A stretch of 64,000 nucleotides of DNA from a virus, in IMG/VR virus record IMGVR_UViG_3300050821_001428, positions 80,268-144,267 of that record, one strand, 5' to 3'. Position numbers and translations under genes: made by a program. The notes under the pieces are model-generated. The model was not told the origin of the DNA and searched no databases. It was given only the letters and a program-made list of their open reading frames with translations. This document shows positions 57,782 through 64,000 of the stretch, piece after piece. Positions within the stretch are counted from its first letter, which is position 1. Every line of letters begins with the position of its first letter.

Positions 57782-60700
57782 ATGATAGTAAATCCAAAAT
57801 TTAGCATCAGTTTATCAGAGATACATGATGAAATTTGTCATCGCGGTTGGGAGATCATTAAATGCAAGTATGATAAGAAGACAGATCGTTATACCGCTCA
57901 TGCAAAGAACGAGTTAGATCAAGAGGTTGAAGCTTTTGGCAAGAATCCGAAGCAGGCTCTTGCAAATCTTCTAAATAATGTAGCTTATGAACATGCGAAG
58001 GGGATTCAAAGACTCGCACGTTGGAAGCAAACGTTCGAAGGGCAATTACTACAAATTGCTGAGGCATACTCTAAGGCTCCTGCCTACGAGAAGAAGGCTG
58101 CTGCTGCGTTTCTAGAACTTTCCGCCGAATGCGAATCTCGCGCTAAGGTTATACGTCAGCATATTCAGGTGACTACGGTCAATAATCCCGAACCATATCC
58201 GACTTCCGACAAGATGTATGACGATGTGCGTAAACGTCGCAAACTTGAGGTCAGCGCAGTAGCAGCGGATAATCATCCTATCTGGACAAGAGAACAAGTA
58301 GTTGACTATCGTATTTGCATTGACGTTCTAGGATTCACGGCGGCTAACGCTAATTGGGGTTGGGAAGGTACAAATTATGCGTTTGGTGCTTTTGCCGCAT
58401 TGTTGCCAGAGCTAGCCCAGGAAGCACTCTTTAGCGAGCTTGTAGGACAGACGGCATATGCAACTTATTATCGTGCCTATGGCCCAGCCAAGATTTGCCT
58501 TTTGACTAAGTTTATCGAAAAAGCGATGAGGGAAGAAAATCCTCATCGTGGTTTCCGTGGTATCCATCCCTCCCAGATGTTATTGCCTAGCGAGACTCCA
58601 GAGGCGAAGCAAAAAACTGCTGGTATTGCCAAGAAAACTAAGCCAAACGCCGATGGTTCGATGCCCTTTGACATTAATGATGGCTGGTCATCAACTCTAG
58701 AGAATATTCCAACTGTTCACTATCCGACTGAATTTAGCGACTTCTTTAATCTACGCGGCGCAAGCGATGTTTTAGATGGTCTACATACTGATTGGGCCGA
58801 AACTATTCACGATAATTCTGATAGTGCGCATATACGTCAAGAATGGCGTACATATAAGTTAGATGACCCTGAAGGAGCCTTACGTATTAAGCACGCTGTG
58901 GCGAATGCCATCAAGGGTGCATTATTACTAGAAGATAATACGCTAGGTCATGGGGCCGTTCAATATCAAGCTCTTCTTCACAAGGTGTCTGATGATCCAG
59001 AAGAGCTTATCAAAACGCTTAATGGGGCACGTTCTGAATGGAACGTTGAGCGTTTTGGTGAACATACTTCAGAAGAGCATCGCCCTTGGGCTATTGCTGA
59101 TGCTAAATCTGGCCAAATTCCCATGTTTGCATTAGCAAACTTGATTTATGAAAAGAATCCAGATATGAAGTTGATGGATGCTCATAAAGAAGCACAACGC
59201 ACTATCCATCAGATGTTAAGTCGATTCCATGAACAGGCCAAGGCTGAAGAAAATACAGATAATATACCAAAAGATGAGGCTGGCTGGCAGACCGAATCCA
59301 AGGCTATTGAAAAGCTCATGAAGTGGTTAGATATAACCACCGGTTCGCACGGTAAGTTTGATCATTGGATGGTCCCTGGACAACATGTGTCGGCTATCGA
59401 TCCTATTAAGCCGCATAAATATGACCCTGGCTACGATCAGTACGATAATCATAAAGTATTTAACCTTCAACGCTTCCCGGCGATACATGGCAAGCATATC
59501 CAAACAATTTCTAAGTTAATCAAAAGCCTTGATCAAATCGTAGAAGAGGCGTTAATTGACGTTCATAATCATGACGGCAAGGGGCACCATTTCCGTGCAT
59601 TTATAATGCACTTGGTTGATATTGATCCTAAGACCGTAGGTGTTATGTGGCTATTACTCGCTCCGTATACGTCGCAGCTTTCAATGATTGATGAAGAAAT
59701 GGCTGGTGCCCTTGGTCATCATGCGGAAGGTCGCGCTGCAAGGAATTATTTTCTTCATGAAAGAGAATTAATTGCTCACCGTGACGGTATGGGTCTAGCT
59801 CATATACCTTTGGGGCATTTTAATCTTGCGCTTAAAGGAGGCCACGTCGCAGGTGGGTCTAAGCAATCATCCGAAAACGACAAACACGATCATCAGGACT
59901 TAAGTAGCTTGCGTATTGAGAATCCTACGCCCGCCTGGAAGGTTAAACTAAAATCCCCCGGTGATCTTTTATATAACTTCTCTTTAACTCCCGATGTTGT
60001 CAAGCCTATTCAAGAGCATTGGAATAACACGGTAGCTACACAATTTGCGCCAGATGAGACTCCTACCAAGAGCCATCGTCCTGGCTTTATGATGATCGCT
60101 ACCAATCCTATTGAACGCAAGATGGCATCTAAGATGCAGGAATATCGCAACCTTGGTATGAGTGTGCAGGACGTATGGAATAAGATAGATGAACCAAGTG
60201 ATATAATTGACAAATGGACAAAAAATACAAACGATCTGACACAGAAGAATTTATCAAACAGTTGGAAAACAGCGGCAGAGATTTGGGAATCCTCACCAAT
60301 CACCCCGAATGGCCACACTATCGCTCACATAGAAAATGCTCCATCAATCAATTCGACCCAGGCCCCCTATCTGATGACGAGTGGATCAACGAATTTATCG
60401 AATGGTTACGTGAGCGCAGTGCATCCAACCTGGCTGAATCAATGGATTCAGCATAACGGACCATATTTAACCCATTATACCCCCAACCCTAATACCGTTC
60501 AGGATATATATCGTAATGGACTCATCCCAGCTTCGCAACTAGATCAAGATCAAAAATTTTATAGTGGAAAGTTAACTTCTAGACCTGATCATGTATATCT
60601 TCAGGGATCTATTCCGGCCCCAAACTTTTCAAATAATTATGTTGCTGTGGATTTACGTAAATTAGATCCGTCTAATCTCAATCCAGATGAGGATTCCTTA

Positions 60701-61888
60701 TTACATACCAATCACCCATTTGATGATATACCATATGGTAATGGACGTACCCCTGTAAATTTCCCTTACCAAAGTTATGGTCATTGGGCACATCAATATA
60801 ATCTAGCGCATCCAAAACATACAAGTTGGAGTTTAAATTCAATAGGTACTGTTGCACATCAAGGTATGATTACTCCAGATCAATTAACTCCAATGGCGCA
60901 AGTATATACTGATTTGCAACAAAATTGGCCACATGTATTATCCAATTATGGTCCCACCCATCGAGTACCTTACAATTCACGGTGGGATGATCTTGGCACT
61001 AAAGAATCTGCGCAACCGGGCTGGACAGACTTTTACCACGCTACACCACGCGCTAATAGAGAATCAATTCAAAATCTTGGTTTGATGGGCGAAAATGGCT
61101 CATCGCCATGGGGTGACACGACACGAAGTTGGGGGCAGCCTTATGGTAACTATTTCTTTGATAATCCAAATGATGCTGTGACATATGCAAATTCAGCGTA
61201 TAATCGGTTCAAGCGCGATGGGGCTGATGACTATGAGCGTCAGTATACTCAGGCCGAGCCGCCTCAGGGTTGGGGTAATCTAAATGATGATGAATATGAT
61301 CAATGGCATGAAGATAATCCTCCTACACAGAGAACAGAAGATCCTGAAGGCTGGGATGTTTGGAAGGTAAATACCCGAGGATTGAATATCAATCGTGACC
61401 CCGAAGCAAACCTAGTATCTCCTCGCAGTCCTCAGGATATTCATCCCGATATGAATAATAGCGATGCTCCGTGGGATGAGCAATTGGAAGATGCAATTAA
61501 TATGTATGGCGGTAGTCCTAATCGTTATTATACACAAGATCATATAGAACCGGAACGTGTACAGCTACATCAGCATATTCCAATGTGGCAAAACCATGAC
61601 GATGACGAATACGAATACGAATACGAATATGAGACACATCACCCGATGCATTGGGATGAGGCGCTGCTACATAGGCCAAAGTTCCCTGCACATAGCTCTA
61701 TTAAGACAGCCGATAAACTACACGATTTCTTAATGAATCCAAAGAGTCGTCCTGATACCAATTTAAATCCACATTGGAATCCCGACACACATAAGTACGA
61801 GAATGAGCTATATCAATCATCACCGCAATCGGTACCCCAACAGTTACCACAACCTATACAACCAGTACCGGGAGGGGCTTGGAGCTAA
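57782..61888 (+). CDS. Large multidomain protein: degenerate zincin-like and HhH-like domains plus two ADP-ribosyltransferase-fold domains
   Basis: ART-like 1: THYT..QDIYRNGL..RPDHVYL..GMITPDQL. ART-like 2: FYHAT..ESIQNLGL..GNYFFDNPNDA..WKVN..DHIEPERV. Confidence 0.7.
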   Translation: MIVNPKFSISLSEIHDEICHRGWEIIKCKYDKKTDRYTAHAKNELDQEVEAFGKNPKQALANLLNNVAYEHAKGIQRLARWKQTFEGQLLQIAEAYSKAPAYEKKAAAAFLELSAECESRAKVIRQHIQVTTVNNPEPYPTSDKMYDDVRKRRKLEVSAVAADNHPIWTREQVVDYRICIDVLGFTAANANWGWEGTNYAFGAFAALLPELAQEALFSELVGQTAYATYYRAYGPAKICLLTKFIEKAMREENPHRGFRGIHPSQMLLPSETPEAKQKTAGIAKKTKPNADGSMPFDINDGWSSTLENIPTVHYPTEFSDFFNLRGASDVLDGLHTDWAETIHDNSDSAHIRQEWRTYKLDDPEGALRIKHAVANAIKGALLLEDNTLGHGAVQYQALLHKVSDDPEELIKTLNGARSEWNVERFGEHTSEEHRPWAIADAKSGQIPMFALANLIYEKNPDMKLMDAHKEAQRTIHQMLSRFHEQAKAEENTDNIPKDEAGWQTESKAIEKLMKWLDITTGSHGKFDHWMVPGQHVSAIDPIKPHKYDPGYDQYDNHKVFNLQRFPAIHGKHIQTISKLIKSLDQIVEEALIDVHNHDGKGHHFRAFIMHLVDIDPKTVGVMWLLLAPYTSQLSMIDEEMAGALGHHAEGRAARNYFLHERELIAHRDGMGLAHIPLGHFNLALKGGHVAGGSKQSSENDKHDHQDLSSLRIENPTPAWKVKLKSPGDLLYNFSLTPDVVKPIQEHWNNTVATQFAPDETPTKSHRPGFMMIATNPIERKMASKMQEYRNLGMSVQDVWNKIDEPSDIIDKWTKNTNDLTQKNLSNSWKTAAEIWESSPITPNGHTIAHIENAPSINSTQAPYLMTSGSTNLSNGYVSAVHPTWLNQWIQHNGPYLTHYTPNPNTVQDIYRNGLIPASQLDQDQKFYSGKLTSRPDHVYLQGSIPAPNFSNNYVAVDLRKLDPSNLNPDEDSLLHTNHPFDDIPYGNGRTPVNFPYQSYGHWAHQYNLAHPKHTSWSLNSIGTVAHQGMITPDQLTPMAQVYTDLQQNWPHVLSNYGPTHRVPYNSRWDDLGTKESAQPGWTDFYHATPRANRESIQNLGLMGENGSSPWGDTTRSWGQPYGNYFFDNPNDAVTYANSAYNRFKRDGADDYERQYTQAEPPQGWGNLNDDEYDQWHEDNPPTQRTEDPEGWDVWKVNTRGLNINRDPEANLVSPRSPQDIHPDMNNSDAPWDEQLEDAINMYGGSPNRYYTQDHIEPERVQLHQHIPMWQNHDDDEYEYEYEYETHHPMHWDEALLHRPKFPAHSSIKTADKLHDFLMNPKSRPDTNLNPHWNPDTHKYENELYQSSPQSVPQQLPQPIQPVPGGAWS

Positions 61889-62049
61889 TGCATTATCATT
61901 GGAAGACAGGACAACCTTGTAATTGTGGTTTTCATAAGCCAGTAGCAAACGAAGCACAATGGATTACGCCAGAATATACACCAAGAGGTGATGACAGCCG
62001 TGAAATTGTAGGACAGCGGCGGGATAATACAGATGAATCAGATAACTAG
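61888..62049 (+). CDS. 53-aa protein with H/C cluster (not in ORF track)
   Basis: MHYHWKTGQPCNCGFH...DESDN*. TAATG coupling upstream; the next ATG lies 1 nt after its stop. Confidence 0.55.
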   Translation: MHYHWKTGQPCNCGFHKPVANEAQWITPEYTPRGDDSREIVGQRRDNTDESDN

Positions 62050-63850
62050 TATGTCGGCTGATGAACTGCATGTGTCTCTTAAGGTACCACGTTATGCAGC
62101 TAAGGAGATATTTAGATGGGCCAGAGAACAGCAATGGCCCGAAGGCACCCAGCTTGAAGATTTTAATGAGTATCACTGCACGCTGCTCTACTCGCCAAAT
62201 GGATATCAATATTGGTCAGATGCCTGGTTTATTCCAAAGCTTGAAGTCTTAGAAGCACAGGTAGTAGGATTTGATAACTTTGGTGACGGCGAGGGGGAAC
62301 AGGTAGCTTATGTATTACGTCTACATGGTGAGGATCTTCAAGCCGAGGCGGAGAAGCTTCAATCGGAAGCTAGTCACGTCGGGGTCATCGACAATTTTCT
62401 AGGCGCTTATAAGCCACATATTACCATAGGTTACGGGCCAGTTAAGGTCAATGTTACACCGCCTGATATGTTATTAGATTTAGGTCCGGTAGAAGTCTCG
62501 CCACCGCGTCTAGAACTAACAGATACACCATCATTAGAAGGTATCGCCAAGGATTTACACCAAGAATATCAAGACGGTACATCGCCAACTGAAATTGTCA
62601 TGTATGCAGCAAATCGCCTCAATGTCGCAGGGTTCCCTGACGACGATATCACTATACAGGCAGCCCTAGAGTCTTGGCAGATCCTTTACCCTGAAGATGT
62701 TATTTTACAGCATACGGCGGAATGGGCTTGGAATTCTGGCTTTGAACATTTAATAGATCAATATTCACCTCATGGACTTTCATGTCTTTATGACGAAACC
62801 CCAAATATGATTGATATCTCACATATAGAGGTAGATCCTGCTCGTCGTAATACGGGAATTGGGTCTAAATTCATGGAAGCCGCCCATCAATATGCCCAGA
62901 GTGTTGGTAAGCAACTGAATATCTCAAGGGTGGACAATGCCCCATTCTTTAATAAATTTCCATTTTTACAGCAACAAGACGCTAAGACATTCGTTACCGC
63001 ATCGATATGGGATGAGACTAACAATTGGCGACCAAGCTCTCTTATAGCCGCACAGCATAGTAGTCAAAATATAATGCCTAATGATCATTCGTATTATCAT
63101 GCGGCTTTAAACCAATTTACACCAAATCCGAATAGTGGTGTCCATAAATCATTTATTAATACAGAAACACCTAATCAGCTTTATATCAAGCCAGAACAAC
63201 CAGATGACTATCATCGCGATTCTCCGATTAAAGAGCGTGGAGCATTTATATTAGGTAACGCTATGGGCATGAATGTGCCACAAGCAGTGGTTAGACCTGT
63301 GGTAATACCACAACATCAGTTGTATGCAACAAGTCGTGAGGCATTTCAAAAGAGAAACCCGCGACATCATCCGGATAAACCCATTAGAGCGTATGCGTCG
63401 GTACATCATGGCGTTCCTAATAGCCAGACATTGGAAGATTATCTATATGACCAGGGTATTTATAGTCACGAACTGCAATCACAGTGGATGGCTACGCAAC
63501 CCGAGGAACGTCGTAAGACGTTATTATTTGACCAAGTTATTGGTAATCAAGACAGACATAGTGGTAATCTATTAATAGATAATAATAATCAGTGGCATCA
63601 GATCGATCATGGAGGGGCATTCAGAAATGTGACCGATGATGGAGCAGATCATTTCTTTTTTAATAAAGATTTTTATGATCAACCACTAACGAATGAAGAA
63701 CGTCAGCGAGTACAAGCCGCGCGTCAGGCTATTGACAATCCCAAACATTCTGCTATATTTAGTCATCCCGACCTACATCCAAAGGTCTTAAATCAGCGCA
63801 TTAATACGCTGCTCAATACAGGGAAATTTATCACACCACCCGTATCATAA
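62033..63850 (+). CDS. Three-enzyme fusion: 2H phosphoesterase (Acb1-like) + GNAT acetyltransferase + HipA/PI3K-like kinase (start probably 62051)
   Basis: 2H: YHCTLLY and PHITIGY (two HxT). GNAT: ISHIEVDPARRNTGIGSKFM. Kinase: LYIKPE..ERGAF..VP..DQVIGNQDRHSGNLL..IDHG. Confidence 0.82.
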   Translation: MNQITSMSADELHVSLKVPRYAAKEIFRWAREQQWPEGTQLEDFNEYHCTLLYSPNGYQYWSDAWFIPKLEVLEAQVVGFDNFGDGEGEQVAYVLRLHGEDLQAEAEKLQSEASHVGVIDNFLGAYKPHITIGYGPVKVNVTPPDMLLDLGPVEVSPPRLELTDTPSLEGIAKDLHQEYQDGTSPTEIVMYAANRLNVAGFPDDDITIQAALESWQILYPEDVILQHTAEWAWNSGFEHLIDQYSPHGLSCLYDETPNMIDISHIEVDPARRNTGIGSKFMEAAHQYAQSVGKQLNISRVDNAPFFNKFPFLQQQDAKTFVTASIWDETNNWRPSSLIAAQHSSQNIMPNDHSYYHAALNQFTPNPNSGVHKSFINTETPNQLYIKPEQPDDYHRDSPIKERGAFILGNAMGMNVPQAVVRPVVIPQHQLYATSREAFQKRNPRHHPDKPIRAYASVHHGVPNSQTLEDYLYDQGIYSHELQSQWMATQPEERRKTLLFDQVIGNQDRHSGNLLIDNNNQWHQIDHGGAFRNVTDDGADHFFFNKDFYDQPLTNEERQRVQAARQAIDNPKHSAIFSHPDLHPKVLNQRINTLLNTGKFITPPVS

Positions 63851-63878
63851 TCCATGGATATAGTAACACGAAAGTAAC

Positions 63879-64000
63879 ATGAAACATACCCATATTCATA
63901 ATAACAATCATGAGGGGATCTTGTGGGTCGATGAGAATGGCGACCTTCAAGCCGGTGACAGGTATGCAAAGATGCATATGGACACGTTAAGCAGGTCTGG
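63879..64000 (+). CDS. Partial hypothetical protein (runs off the right edge)
   Basis: ATG at 63879, open to the end of the window (MKHTHIHNNNHEGILWVDENG...). Confidence 0.35.
   Translation, partial: MKHTHIHNNNHEGILWVDENGDLQAGDRYAKMHMDTLSRS

Noticed and set aside
61607-61630. GAATAC hexamer repeat (EYEYEYEY)
   Set aside because: Short in-frame microsatellite in a linker, with no evidence of phase variation.
1-64000. Stop-codon reassignment, tRNA/rRNA genes, integrase or transposase
   Set aside because: Genes are long and densely packed under code 11, with TAA, TAG and TGA all used as stops. No cloverleaf/T-loop signatures or recombinase motifs were noticed by eye; tRNAscan would be decisive.

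Overview
This 64 kb window is the virion-morphogenesis region of a large, AT-leaning myovirus (contractile tail). Gene order and protein motifs resemble the Bxz1/cluster-C-like myophages of Actinobacteria, and an actinobacterial host is inferred from several leaderless extended -10 promoters. The minus strand runs from about 50.4 kb down to 1. It encodes internal/head proteins, a prohead protease-scaffold with a LAGLIDADG intein, a decoration protein, the major capsid protein, collagen/beta-helix fibre genes with a GT4 glycosyltransferase, neck, sheath, tube, a tail chaperone with a -1 frameshift, a short tape measure, a hub with two peptidoglycan hydrolase domains, a spike, and baseplate proteins. 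Plus-strand islands carry a metallophosphoesterase, an NlpC/P60 + papain-like peptidase pair, a MoxR-AAA/VWA pair, an HNH gene, an HNH-Mom-like fusion, Gly-rich virion proteins, a PncA-like protein, dcd and thyX. At the right end, large multi-enzyme proteins contain two ADP-ribosyltransferase-like domains, an Acb1-like 2H phosphoesterase, a GNAT and a HipA/PI3K-like kinase. The most striking pattern is a short [K/R/H/V]-x-A motif (KTA, HTA, VTA, KQA, KIA). It sits at the domain junctions of these multi-enzyme proteins and recurs through the protease/scaffold, other head proteins and the capsid N-terminus. This suggests capsid-packaged effector polyproteins released by the prohead protease (inference). 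No portal, terminase, tRNA, rRNA or CRISPR array was seen. All calls come from motif recognition by eye; no database search was run.
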